A DNA stretch of 64,000 nt, from NCBI RefSeq assembly GCF_006345805.1, contig NC_043001.1, positions 102,486,001 to 102,550,000 on the forward strand. Direction: 5' to 3'. Shown here piece after piece: positions 50,730 through 63,254 of this stretch. The number at the start of each line of letters is the position of its first letter. The stretch's first letter is position 1. The notes below the pieces were generated by a model. It saw nothing but the letters and a program-made list of their open reading frames with translations. It made no database searches and had not been told where the DNA came from. A program made the position numbers and the translations under genes. This stretch comes from Octopus sinensis (Eukaryota).

Positions 50730-52172
50730 CCAGAGTAAGCATATGTGAAACAAGGTGGGGGAAAATTAAAAATTTATAATAAAAAAATTGGGAATTAAAA
50801 TTAAACTAAACTTATATTAGACTAAAACAAAATTAAAAATTAACAAAAAATTTAGTGTTACCAGAATTCTATTACTTTATATTAATACGTGAATAATAAT
50901 TTTAGGACTGATAAGCAGAAATATGTATTGTAACATTGCAAATTGAAATTTTAACCATTAAGATAAAAATTTGGTGTTTCAAAAAAATTCTACTAATTAT
51001 AAATATGACGTAAATTATTAATACAGGGAAAAAATAAACAGAAATATGTATTTTAACGATAAAATAGTATTTACTGGGAAGTATTTCTAAATTTACATTT
51101 ATGTAAAACTAAAATGTTATGTAAAATCCATAGAATAAGCTTAATGTTTGCTAATTGTTATATATTCACTGATCTATTTGGTTATTTTATAAACCTCTTA
51201 GTTAAAACATATTCTAGTTATATACGTAACCTACATAATCTACAGCTAATATATACTCATTATACTATTATTAATTATGACTATATAATTAGTCATCTAA
51301 ATTAGGGTTTATATGTATTCAAAATTAGCTAAACTTATTATATAAGTAATTCTATGTCTACATTTCATTTTTCTCTCAACCTGGGAATTAATCAATTTAG
51401 TATTAGATTGTAATATTTCCATAAATTTGTTTGTACACAGTAAACAAAACTTATTACCTATTCTATATGATTTAGTTTTACAAACTATCTCCCAATTTAA
51501 GTTGTACTTAATTGTTTTAACTTGCCAGATTTTATCTTTATTATTAACATTATTTTGATTTATATTTATTATATTATCACATTTATTATTATTTTAACCA
51601 GGTCAGAATTATACTTATCTTTTAGTCTATTATTATCTTTATTTTTATTTTTTGTATTCGCATAATACCAATTTTTAAACCTTTTACTTAAACATGAATT
51701 ATCATAATTCTTGATATTAGTTTGATTATTATAACAAATATTATAGGAATATTTTAAGTAGTTATCTTCTTTATTATGATAAATATATCTACGATTATTA
51801 AAGAATTTGATACTATCATTATTTCCCACCTTACTTAATGCTTCATTATAATATGGTGCGTGCGTTAGGAAACTCTCGAAATTAGATGAAAGTATCAATA
51901 TTCTTTTCCCTGTATTTTCTATCAACAATTCCTTCATTGAAGATGGGTGATTACTATAAGCATTTATATATCTAAGGTTTTTGTTAATTTTATGGAATGG
52001 TTGGGTTATACCTGTTATTAAATTAAAATTAGCATCTAATTAATTAACATTATAGTTCTCATTTTATATAGTAATACCTAATCCATATCTTTAAAAAAAA
52101 ACTATATTGTTTCTTTTTATATATTTCTAGTGTTCTGTTGGTGCAATTCTTTGTTATTAGTAACAGGTCATC
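50730..52172 (-). mobile_element. Penelope-like retroelement remnant (RT C-terminal half and Cys/His-rich C-terminus; GIY-YIG core missing)
   Basis: Coding remnant 51309-52172: DDLLL...YGLGITI*...VN*LDANFNLITG...PFHK.NKNLRYINAYSNHPSS...SSN...F...APYYNEALSKVG, then IWQVKTIKYNLNWEIV...CLLC...INSQVE..MKCRHR. One frameshift in a T9 run at about 52093-52101. AT-rich 3' region ends at a (TA)n run. Confidence 0.8.
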
Positions 52173-52297
52173 CCCATCCTGCAATGTCGTTCTAAAAATA
52201 AACTATCACATCTTCAAAATCTGTAATACATGATTGATTTTAAAAAATGTGAATAAATACACATTACATTTCACAGAGTAATCTGAATGTTAAAGGG
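52171..52297. mobile_element. Half piggyBac-type MITE
   Basis: Ends in GAATGTTAAAGGG followed by TTAA (52298-52301); internal sequence matches the 22323-22510 family. Confidence 0.65.
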
Positions 52298-52403
52298 TTA
52301 AATCACACATTACCATCTTAAAAGAGGAAGGAACATTAGATAATGTAGTCCTAAATATCCCTAAGCAGATGAAATGACCATGGTCAGAGTGCCTTTGATA
52401 ATA

Positions 52404-52811
52404 CAGGGTGTTCAAATAGTTTCTCCGCAGTATTTTATTGCAAAATAAATATTTATAAGATGGTACCAGACTACAAAAGAATATATTGGACTTTACAAAA
52501 CTTTAAAAAACTTTATAAGAGGTGTTGAAAGTGGTGAATTTCATTTTCAATACATGAGGTGACTCTTCTACATGTTTTGAAACACATCTTGGAGAGTGTG
52601 ATGCGGTACGGATCATGTGAAAGTCATGATTGCACATTTTAGCTCATTAATGGTTTTTCGCTGATTCTTGTACACTGATCCTTTACTTGCTCCCCAGAAA
52701 AGAAAAAAAAAGTCTGATGGTGTTAAATCAAGTGATCTTGGTCGCCAAAGTCCCTTCGAAATAATTCATTCACCAAAAAATTCACTGTGGAGAGACTTTT
52801 TGAACACCCTG
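52404..52811 (-). mobile_element. Internally deleted Tc1/mariner (DD41D-like) element, MITE-like
   Basis: About 30-bp TIRs CAGGGTGTTCAAA(T/A)AGT(T/C)TCTCC(G/A)CAGT, TA on both sides (52402-52403, 52812-52813). Minus strand retains the transposase C-terminus IISKGLWRPRSLDLTPSDFF...HFQHLL*. Confidence 0.88.
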
Positions 52812-53040
52812 TAGGCCTGCCAGATTAAGACTGTCCTTGACCTAAACACCACTAACAACATGCAAAATACAGCACTGTTCAGTATAGCCAAAACTACTTT
52901 GGTTCAGAATATAAAGGTTTCAAAGTACACTAACAGAAATGAATATCAGTATAAAAGGAAGTCTAAGAATGACAAGCCTGAAACAGCCTTAAAGATCCTT
53001 ACATGTTGGACCTTGCAAAGAACTGATAATGTAACTTACA

Positions 53041-53480
53041 TCATCATCATTTAATGTCCGTTCTCCTTGCTTGCATGGGTTGGATGGTTTGACTGAGGAC
53101 TGGCAAGCCAGGAGGCTGCACCAGGATCCAATCTGATCTGGCATGGTTTCTACAGCTAGATGTCCTTCCTAATGCCAACCACTCTGAGAGTGTAGTCGGT
53201 GCTTTTATGGGCCACTGGCACAGGAGCCAGTCTGGGTGAGGGGGCTGGCATCGACCATGTTTGGATGGTACTTTTTACATGCCACTGGCACAGGGAGCCA
53301 ATCAGGCAGCACTGGCAACGACCCATGCATGAATGGTGCTTATTGCGTGGCACCAGGGAGCCAGTCAGGCAGCACTGACATCAACCACAACAACAATTTC
53401 GATTTGATTGTGGTTTAACTTGATTTTGATGTACTTGACTCAATAGGTCTCCTCAAGCACAGCATGTTGCTCAATGATCC
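53041..53480 (-). mobile_element. RTE-type LINE 3' UTR/terminus with subrepeats
   Basis: (CAT)n tail, GTTTCTACAGCTAGATG, several GGTGCTTTT.ACRTGCCACTGGCAC units. Confidence 0.7.
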
Positions 53481-54398
53481 AAAGGTACTTTTACAATGAG
53501 TGAAAAAATTTATGAACAGGAAAGGAATGCTGCAAACCAATGCAATAAAACTGAAAAACTGCAGAAAAGAAATTTGTTTCAAATGACAACATCCACCATA
53601 GTAGCCATATTATAATGTTAGGAAAATTACACATTTGGTATAAGCAGTGATTTCAGCAACAGTGTTTATGTATGCATGTGTGCACTTGTACACGTGTGCA
53701 CTTGTACATGTATGTGCACACACACACATGCTCACAGAACACTAAACACAGTGGTTATCAATAGTTAAATATGCTCAAATTAAGAGGCAGGGTGCAAGGG
53801 GGAGGGAGAGAGAAAGGGAAGGAGATTGAGACTGTATGGCCCCAAATTTTGAATCAATAAAAAGTAGCAAATACACAAAAAAGAATATTCAAGTGGGACA
53901 TGATAAATGTAATGTGATATGGTATTTGTATTGGTGATATATTTGAGCAGTCAATTATAGATGTAGATGATATATTTGACTACATAATGATTACAGCAAT
54001 AAATCAACCAGTTGAACATTGTGTCAGAATCTCACATCTATACATTCAGGTTCCACTTGTGCTCCACTCCAAATATTTATTTTTATATTTTGTTTGTCCT
54101 CATCAAAACATTAGTATGAACACTGTTAATTCCTAGAGAAATACTGTATTTAGACCATAACCCCAAAATAATAATCAAGCACCAGACACTTATCAGAAGG
54201 TTACAATGATAACTAGGTATATTTTTGTTTTTACACATTAACTCAAGACCCTCATTCTATTCTTGTTTTCCTCAATCTGTTCCTCCCTGCTTTCAACATA
54301 GATCTCAGCACTTTCAAATATCCCCCTCTCTAGACACCTATCTTACCCCTTCATTTCTAACAGTACTCTCATAACACACCCCAAGATAGATTGTAATG

Positions 54399-54500
54399 AC
54401 CAACCACTTTGACTGCCCCACCACCACCAATACCAATATCATCTATTGTAACACCTGTAAACTCTACAAGTCTTTATACTTAGGTGAGACAAGCCATCAA
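54399..54500 (+). mobile_element. Penelope-like GIY-YIG endonuclease fragment
   Basis: TNHFDCPTTTNTNIIYCNTCKLYKSLYLGETS matches the HF.C...N.IY.I.C..C...YIGET signature. Confidence 0.7.
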
Positions 54501-54741
54501 CAAGGTCTCAACCAGAGTTCACATTACCCCCCTGGGGGTCCATATAAGATTTAGCTGTTAAATTTAGTTCAACAAATTGGTTATAATTCTACAACACTCA
54601 AAACAATTTAGCAATTTTTCACATAATTCCCAATCAGTTCTTTTTAAACAATTCCTAATAAGTTCTTTTTAAACAAGGCTCCAGGAGAGTAAAATAAGGA
54701 TCAAAGGGGTCCATAGGCAAAAAAATGGTTGAGAACCACTG
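54501..54741. mobile_element. hAT-type MITE (same family as 5475-5650)
   Basis: Degraded left TIR CAAGGTCTCAACC, intact right TIR GGTTGAGAACCACTG; internal similarity to 5475-5650. Confidence 0.65.
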
Positions 54742-56257
54742 ATCTAGGCACTCAAAGAAGCAATCACCTTTATGACATTCACAACAGCTAAGTACACTCC
54801 CAAATCATAGCTTGACAATTCAGAAAGCCACTTCTTCAATTATCCCTTCGTATGAGGGGAAAACCCCTATTTTTACTCAAGGTACTTCGTAGCCCACTAG
54901 TATAAATGAACACCTCTTGCTCTTCTAGTTCCCCTTTCCTTCTTCAACCTGTTTGTAGTTTGGCAATTCTTGTTCTCAGTTTCATGGTAACCAATAATGT
55001 GCAAACAATACTACCTGATAGAAATAATAAAATGCTCCCAGCAGACTTGAACAGCTTTATTTATAAACAGCAGGTCTATAATTTAACCACTTGACCATCA
55101 TACATCAACTATCTATGCCTATTGCAAAACGGTATGCATCTATGTATGAGAGAGTAAATATATACACCAAAACTGATGAAGCATTATATAGAAGTAAGAG
55201 AGAAAGAGGAGAGAGGCAAAGAGATAAAGCAAAGAATGGCTATTAATAGGAAATAGTGTGAGTGAGCAATCAGGATTTGTATTGATAATAGATAATAGGT
55301 AGAGTGAAGCAGGTATTTTATAACTGAAGGATGCTGTGAAAAATTATGAAATATTCATATCCGACCTTCTGCATATGTAAAAATGCAGTGACTGAATGCA
55401 AGTACTTTATGAAATTAATAAGACCAGAGAAAAGAATATTGCTTGGTGTGTATGTGTATGCATACGCACATATTGAGGCATACGCACATGACACATACAG
55501 GCACACTTCCGCTTCCTTTGTGTTTTGGTATTTCTGAGAAAGTATTCAAAACAGTTGAATTTAGTGCAGATATTAAACATTTACAACAGTAATAGCATTG
55601 ATACTAATAGGGTGCGTTTTTCTGTTTCCAAAACACACTGGTCACCATATTCTTTCGCTTTGCAACACGATAACAATTATACAAATATGCAATTTGAGAA
55701 ATTTAAGCAATTATGCTACCAATCGCCTGAGGTTCGATATTGTTTGTCCTTCTATAATAACTCTATAGACCTAGTCTTGCTTCATTTCTAGGTTTTAGTG
55801 TTAGCTAAACATGTATAGTTTTTGAGAATGGACATGATTCATGTGACACACACACACACTTTAAAACTGCATTTCATCTAATGAATGGAGTTCAAATTAT
55901 CAACTGCAGCTTGCAATCACAGCATAAGCACTGGTAGGTAATATACAGGATGACATTTCCCTTCTTATGATCAGAAACAGCTTCAATAATTGCCAAGAAA
56001 CTACCAGAGGTTGTGGCAATAAGCAAATTAGAATTTGAAAGAAAGTATAAAACTGTCTTCTAGGAGGTGTGTATGAAAAATTATATAATGAAACTTCTTT
56101 GTTGCAACCAACTTCAATGGCTTAAATTAGTACTTCAGAGCTGCTATAATCCGATATGAATATGCCAGTGTTATGTTGCACAACAATTCACCATAAACAA
56201 AATTCAAGGGAAATTACACAAATACATTATATACAATATCAACTCAATATCAAAGCA

Positions 56258-56465
56258 GTGACCTGGCAGAATCGTTAGCACACTGGGTGGAATGTTTAGC
56301 GATATTTCACATTCTGTTACATTCTGAGTTCAAATTCCACCAAGGTCGACTTTGCCTTTCATCTTTTCGGGGTCGATTGAATAAATACCAGTTATGTACT
56401 GGGGTCGATATAATCAACTTAATCTCTTTGTTTGTCCTTGTTTGTCCCCTTGTGGGCAATAAAGA
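56258..56465 (+). mobile_element. tRNA-derived SINE, family A
   Basis: CTGGCAGAATCGTTAGC head, GAGTTCAAATTCC, GGTCGACTTTGCCTTTCATC core. Confidence 0.8.
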
Positions 56466-56989
56466 CATAAATATCAATGCAAACATTGCTCTCAAATTTG
56501 TCTGAGTTATCAATGTTTTTTAAAAAATTTACAAGGAAATTCAGAAAGAGTAAACACTTCACATAAACAAAATGTAAATAATACATTCAACAATACTTGA
56601 TATTGCTACTTTTTTTAGCTAAAGTCCTGAAGAATTTTTACCCAGAGTGGACAATAAGATGACTGAAATATGACAAACTGTCAGTTACTTAGATATAGTA
56701 TGAGAATGAATGGCTGTATAATAACAGCAGATGACCCCTCCACCTCCCTAAAAACACAAAAATAGAAAATTGTGAAATAGTATATTACATCTGATTTAAG
56801 AATATTAAAAGCCTCATTGATGGGGGTAGGGATTGAAATTAAGATAGAAATGGTCTGTTTGTCTACCATAATTTCAAGAGGTAAAAAAAAAAAAAAAAGA
56901 CATTGATGACAGAACATTAATAGATGCTAAGACAGTAGCAGCACTGGTAAAATACAGACAATGGATTTTATGCACTGCATGCACATGCA

Positions 56990-57040
<51 letters not shown>

Positions 57041-57781
57041 ACTACTTGTCCATTATGCATTATGCATATTTTGTTTACCATTGTGATGGAGCAATTTACT
57101 CTCGGGGAAGGAAAAAAAAATGGATCTGTAACTTGATTTCATTTCTAAGCCACAACTATTTCATTCATGTCACCGAATGCTCTGCCATAAATATTGAATG
57201 TGACATTGTGCCATTTACCACCCAGGAAATTTAAGGCTTTTTGCTCTTCTATGAGAGACTATATATAAATTCTTCGATGAGAAAACACATTTGGCTGCAC
57301 ACAAAGTCTCCACAAAATGTGATCATAAAAATAACACTGGAAACTGGTGATAAAAATAATATAAACAAAATATTTGGTGGCTGAAGAAAAATACTGAAGA
57401 CAGAAACTACTAGAGATTAGAAAGATTGGGTGGTCATAACAGACTGATGGCATTATTCACAACCAAATACCCATAAACGCACTCATGAAGTAGTAAAAGA
57501 GAAGTTAACAAACAAGAGAATCATTACAAATGCTTTGTCGATGTGAATAAGACAGAGATAAGATAGGCTAACAAGAGAGACTCTATAGGACAGAGTGACC
57601 TGATGGAAATCACATTTAACCATTAATCCTGCTTCTGTCTAACTTCAAAACAATGTACTTATCAACAACAAAAATTCTGTCCAGGATGAGCAGCATAAAA
57701 CAAAAAGTAATAAAATCTAGTGACATATTCTAAACTTGATTATATCTGCAGATTTTAAACAGATTAGAATTATTAAAAACT

Positions 57782-58177
57782 ACTAGCAGTATCACCCGAT
57801 ATTGCTCGGGTTTGTTTCGACCCTTTAGAATTGGAATTTTTCAAAAGTAAAAATTTTGCATTATGTAGCTTGTTATTCTCTTTAAGTGAACATTTTCCTG
57901 TTTGAAGTACACTGAAAAATGGCAATACAGCTGTAAAAAAAATCGTAAAAAGTAGGGATTATCATAGAAAAAAAGTACCTTTTTGATGTAAATAATTTTT
58001 GGTGTTAACATGGTCCGATTTGAATTTTTTCTTCTACGGAAGGAAGAGCAAGCCTTCTTCTATCATACTCTCAATTTTGGTCAACTTGCACCGCAGGGTC
58101 TCAGAGGAGATAGTTTTTAGTTGAAGGCTACCAAACCTGCCATACACAGACAACTTCAGCTTTATATAGAGAGAGAT
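57782..58177 (+). mobile_element. Non-autonomous Helitron/Helentron (HINE/DINE-1-like) element
   Basis: Starts ACTAG with a 5' hairpin CCCGA-TATTGC-TCGGG (57795-57810) and ends CACAGACAACTTCAGCTTTATATAGA, the architecture of HINE/Lep1-like elements. No TSD. Confidence 0.5.
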
Positions 58178-58269
58178 AAAGAAAAGAAAACTTATACATG
58201 TGAAGAGGATGGATGGAGTAGGCATTTGTTAGTCTGATGAGACAATGGGATCTATGCCAGGGAGGACAT

Positions 58270-58780
58270 GTTTCAGTCTTGTTGGTAGAGCAGCAGCATC
58301 TGCTGGTACTAAAGAAACCTATGTGTGAGCAAACAGTCCAAGAGGCAATGGCTACATTTGAAGGCACTGTCTGTCAGTCATTCCCTGCTGCTGTTTATCC
58401 AAACCTTTTACTTTTCTTCATCAGCAAACTTCAGCTTCTACTCATGTCATTTAAACTTTTGTCTAGTTCCAGTCTTCGGCAACAGTAAAGAGACTTCACG
58501 TCTCTGTTGTAGACATCTTTGAAACAAAGATGGAGTTGTCTTGAGTTCTTTTGCCAAAGACCAGTGCTTCATGCAGTATGTCAGTCAGGTTCCACCTATT
58601 TCACATGAAAAGATGACTTAGCCAGCAGTGGATGAGGAGGCTTTGAATTTGTGTGTGAGCTAGGGACCATTGGTGATTCAATCATATCACTCGATGTCCA
58701 GAATCCATGTTATGAATACATGCTTTTCCCGGTTCACCTGAGTGTGTACCCCCATTGCATAAATTCAACTAACCCCTCTA
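58270..58780 (-). mobile_element. Decayed RTE-clade LINE C-terminus with terminal zinc-finger-like motif
   Basis: Minus strand across frameshifts: LCFKDVYNRDVKSL...FKCSHC...HIGFFSTSRCC. Confidence 0.6.
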
Positions 58781-60278
58781 GCATTGAGAATGCCTTAGGG
58801 AACAGCTTTTAAGTAATAATTAGAAGTAACAGTGCAATATCAACCACAGAAATACAGTCTATCAGCCAGTGTCAATGAACCACTAAAACACCTCCCTCAA
58901 CCATGGCACAAGGCTGCAACCAGCAAAAGAACAAAAGCAAGAGGACAACTTATACCATTAGGTGTCCACAGACAACCTTGTTGTTGATGTTACTTCAAAA
59001 ATAGAACATCTTGCCTATCACAAAATTTTGCCCATATCATCATTGATATTGTTGCTGATAATAGTTTTTTTTTATTAACATTTTAATAATATTTCCCCAC
59101 TACCAGCTCCACCATTACTGTATCACATAGACAATTTCTCTATTTCACACACACACACAGAGTCCCTCTTCTCTGCTAATGTACATTTGATATAGGTTGC
59201 ACTGATACTTCTCAAAGATTAATGTAATTAACAATCAAAGAGAGATCGCATAGGTTGGTAGTAGTTATTTAATACATAATTTAAACTGGTCATGATGAAA
59301 TAAATTGAAGAGGAAAATTCAGTAGTCTGATTAAAAAACAAAAAGAAAGAAAAAATAAAAATGTAACCAAAACATATCTTTTTGTTTGTAAGTTTGGTTC
59401 TAAAGAGAGAAAGAAAAAATGTAAAAACTTTCTCAATATTTTACAAATTAAATTAACCTAAAACTTTATGGTAATTTAATAGCCTAAGCCAATATCAATG
59501 TTTATAGATTATAATCTAAGTACATTTTATTTGCAATCATACTTTTTTAATCTTTCCTTAAAAATTGAATATGTTTTTTTCCCCTTATATAATTTCACAC
59601 CATGAATAATGAATAAAAAAAAAAGATGCTGGTCATATTAAACTGTCAACATCATTACATACAGATTGGCATCATTTCTTGATGCTGCTATAGAATGGTT
59701 GCGCCAACTTTAGAGACTCGTTTTATACTATTGTTCAAGCTCGAATTTTTATTGCTTTAATGTTAAACAACAGTGTGTGTATGTGCGTGCGCATGTGTGT
59801 GTGCCTGAATGTGTACGCATATTTGCACATTTACTTCTTCTATCTAATGGTTTCCATTGCAACAGAGAAATAGCTGTTCTGTACACAAACTCATATGTAT
59901 ATTCTGAATCCATGTTGACAAGCATGTACACACACACACACACACACACAAACGTATGCACTGGTATATAGAAGTTAGAAGGTCAATATTGAGTCAAAAC
60001 AATAAAAGAAACACTTAATACTTAGCTACAGAAGACATCAAATATATGAATGAACATATTTGTTTGTGTGCATAAGTGTACTTATTTACCTCTTTCTGTC
60101 TATGTATGTATGTATATCTATGTGTGTGTGTGTGTGTGTGTGTATCAAAGGGATGTGTTATAATACTATTTCACATATACAAAAACAGCCACACGAACAA
60201 TCGATCATACCTCCATCATCAGCTGCCCCATGGATATCATTATGGCTTCGACACCTAGGCAGTACCATTCAATCCAGC

Positions 60279-60324
<46 letters not shown>

Positions 60325-60329
60325 ATATA

Positions 60330-60710
60330 AATATATATATTGGATCTGCAAAAACTGGAGGGGAATGAAGCTAGTCTGCTCCCATGGATATGCAGCATCA
60401 GTGTACAAGTACAATAAAGTACGAATGTACTGAGAGAAAAGTTGACGCGTAAATGGAATCAAATGTAGCAGAAGACTACAATGGTTTGGACATGTGACGT
60501 ATATGAATTAAGATAGTTGTATAAAGAAGTGCTGATCACTTAAAGTGGATGGCACCTGTGGAAATGAGAGACCCAGGGAGACATGGGACAAAGTATTGAA
60601 GGCTGATCTGAAGAAGCTGAGCCTTACAGAGAGGGCAAAGGATTCAGATGACTGGCATTTTACTGCATTCAAGACCAGCTCAATACAGCAGAAATGATGT
60701 ACTAAAACCA
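60330..60710 (+). mobile_element. RTE-type LINE C-terminal coding remnant
   Basis: DLQKLEGNEASLLPWIC...NVLREKL...RRLQWFGHV...CIKKC..LKVDGTCG..RPRETWDKVLKADLKKL. Confidence 0.75.
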
Positions 60711-60744
60711 CTTGGTTATGCTTTTATGTTTGAGATCCTGTCCT

Positions 60745-60786
<42 letters not shown>

Positions 60787-60787
<1 letters not shown>

Positions 60788-60981
60788 ACATGTCAAGCAT
60801 CAACCCCCACTCCATCTATGGTACTTCTCAGCTGCTGCACATACCTGAGAGCAGAACTGGCACATATTACATCTCATCTCACCCTTAATGGTCTATCATC
60901 CCTGCCCACACTATTTCAACAATCACTCTATTTACATTCACCTTCTTGTACCCTGAGGGTATATCTTGGCATAACAGCCAA

Positions 60982-61029
<48 letters not shown>

Positions 61030-61224
61030 CTAACATGTCAAGCATCAACCCCCACTCCATCTATGGTACTTCTCAGCTGCTGCACATACCTGAGAGCAGA
61101 ACTGGCACATATTACATCTCATCTCACCCTTAATGGTCTATCATCCCTGCCCACACTATTTCAACAATCACTCTATTTACATTCACCTTCTTGTACCCTG
61201 AGGGTATATCTTGGCATAACAGCC
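60787..61224. repeat. Perfect 193-bp direct duplication between (CT)n microsatellites
   Basis: 60787-60979 is identical to 61032-61224; each copy is preceded and followed by (CT)n. Confidence 0.95.
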
Positions 61225-61283
<59 letters not shown>

Positions 61284-61719
61284 ACACAGACTGGGATAAC
61301 CATGTATCTCCTCAACAGCGAGGCACCTGTTTCTGAATCCTCTATCGTAGTCTAAGCTTTCATCACCTGATACAATGCCCCCTCCCTGAATACCATTACC
61401 TTTTCAGTTGAGAAGGTCTTTGTCTTGCAAGTTACTTGCTGACTTCCCCGGCGTTGGTGCCACATAAAAGGCACCCAGTGCACTCTGTAAGGTGGCTAGC
61501 ATCTGGAAAGGCATTCAGCTGTAGAAACCATGTCAAAGCAGACAGTAGAGCTTAGCGCAGTTTTCTGGCCTGCCAGCTCCTATCAAACTGCCCACAGCAG
61601 GGATTAAACGGAGGGTTAGGTAACAGCCTGATAATGTAACCCTGTGCTCTACCTCTCTCTCTATATATATATGTGTGTGTGTACATTTGTATATATGTGT
61701 ATGTGTGTGTATGTACACA

Positions 61720-62030
61720 CGTAAAAAGCACCATCCGAATCGTGGCCGATGCCAGTGCCGCCTCGACTGGCTTCCGTGCCGGTGGCACGTAAAATGTACC
61801 AATCCGACCGTGGCCGTTGCCAGCCTCGCCTGGCACCTGTGCAGGTGGCACGTAAAAAGCACCCACCACACTCACGGAGTGGTTGGCGTTTGGAAGGGCA
61901 TCCAGCTGTAGAAACATTGCCAGATAAGACTGGAGCCTGGTGCAGCCTTCTGGCTTCCCAGATCCCCGGTCGAACCGTCCAACCCATGCTAGCATGGAGA
62001 ACGGACGTTAAACGATGATGATGATGATGA
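61720..62030 (+). mobile_element. Young-looking RTE-type LINE 3' terminus with about 60-bp subrepeats and (GAT)n tail
   Basis: CpG-rich, three CACGTAAAA(A/T)G(C/T)ACC units, ends GGACGTTAAAC(GAT)n. Confidence 0.8.
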
Positions 62031-62649
62031 TATATGAGAGAGAGAGAGATGTATACATATGCCTGTAAAATATGTGAGCTAGCATGATATCCCCCACCTC
62101 CCTTCCTAAATAAAAAATATATATTTAAAAAAAAACATCTATCAACAAACGTTTTTATCAAAAGACATGTTACACCACATTAAAACCATCGCCCCAAATA
62201 CATACCTAAAACATAGAAAATTACTAAAAGAAAGAATTTGGAAAAAATATCTGGTCATTAGATACCTGACTAAAGGTCAACTATTCAAATGGCTTCACAA
62301 AACACTATTTTAACACCCCACCACATCTCAACTCCACCCCCAATCAAGTATCTTGTGTTGACCATTCACTGCTTTCAGCTATCATTCATCAATAGTCTTT
62401 CATTCCCACACTGATTAACAAACCCCAACCCCCACCCCAAACACACCCAAATCCCATATATTGAATCACAAAACCTCAAATCCTCACATCTGTTTCACAA
62501 GGAATGTCAGAAAGGTCTCCAAGAAAGTTAACAAGTAATTTTTTTTATTTTTAATCTTCACACCCAAGTTAACAAAGAACTTACTAGATCTATGAACTAA
62601 AATTTATATTATTGAAAAATAAAAAAAAAATTAATTAAACTGATTATAA

Positions 62650-63072
62650 CTACTTTGGAGATACGCTGTGATTGAGAAGACCCGGCAAGTAAAGGGAGAT
62701 CACAGCTGTAGCCTTTACCAGTCTCGCATAACCAGCACATTTAATAAGTACCTTTGAATCATCGGGTGATACGCGCACTTGAGACGACCTATTGAGTCAA
62801 GTAATATCAAAATAAGATCAAAATGAAAATGGAAATTGTTGTTGTGGCTAATGCCAGTGCTGCCTGACTGGCACATAATAAGCACCATTCAAGCATGAGT
62901 TGATGCCAGTGCCACCTGAATGGCTCCCATGCCAGTGGCATGTAAAAAGCAACCACTACACTCTTGGAGTGGTTGGTGCTAGGAAGGGCATCCAGCTGTA
63001 GAAACCTTGCCAGTCCCCAGTCAAACCATCCAACCCATGCCAGCATGGAAAACGGATGTTAAACAATGATGA
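62650..63072 (+). mobile_element. RTE-type LINE 3' end (ORF end plus 3' UTR)
   Basis: WRYAVIEKTRQVK ORF end, then subrepeats and terminal GGATGTTAAACAATGATGAT. Confidence 0.7.
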
Positions 63073-63133
63073 TATATATATATATTATATATATACATAT
63101 ATATATATATAAATGTGTGTGTGTGTGTGTGTA

Positions 63134-63254
63134 CAAGGTGGTTCTGAAATGTTCCTGGCATTGGGTAAAAGAAAATACAGTAGAATCAGTTAATTATGAT
63201 TTTATTCAACATATTCCCCTCTCAGATTCACACACTTATTGCAGCGGTCCTGCA
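63134..63254 (-). mobile_element. Mariner 3' end fragment (TIR plus transposase C-terminus)
   Basis: TA at 63132-63133 then TIR-like CAAGGTGGTTCTGAAATGTTCCTGGC; minus strand encodes LQDRCNKCVNLRGEYVE*, the typical mariner C-terminus. Confidence 0.7.

Noticed and set aside
50730-51300. Hammerhead ribozyme expected in the Penelope-like 3' region
   Set aside because: No CTGANGA...GAAA core with stems on the element's sense strand; the plus-strand CTGATAAGCAGAAAT lacks proper stems II and III.
50730-52172. Mitochondrial insertion (NUMT) suggested by extreme AT content
   Set aside because: No mitochondrial protein, rRNA or tRNA pattern; the minus strand carries Penelope-like RT and C-terminal motifs.
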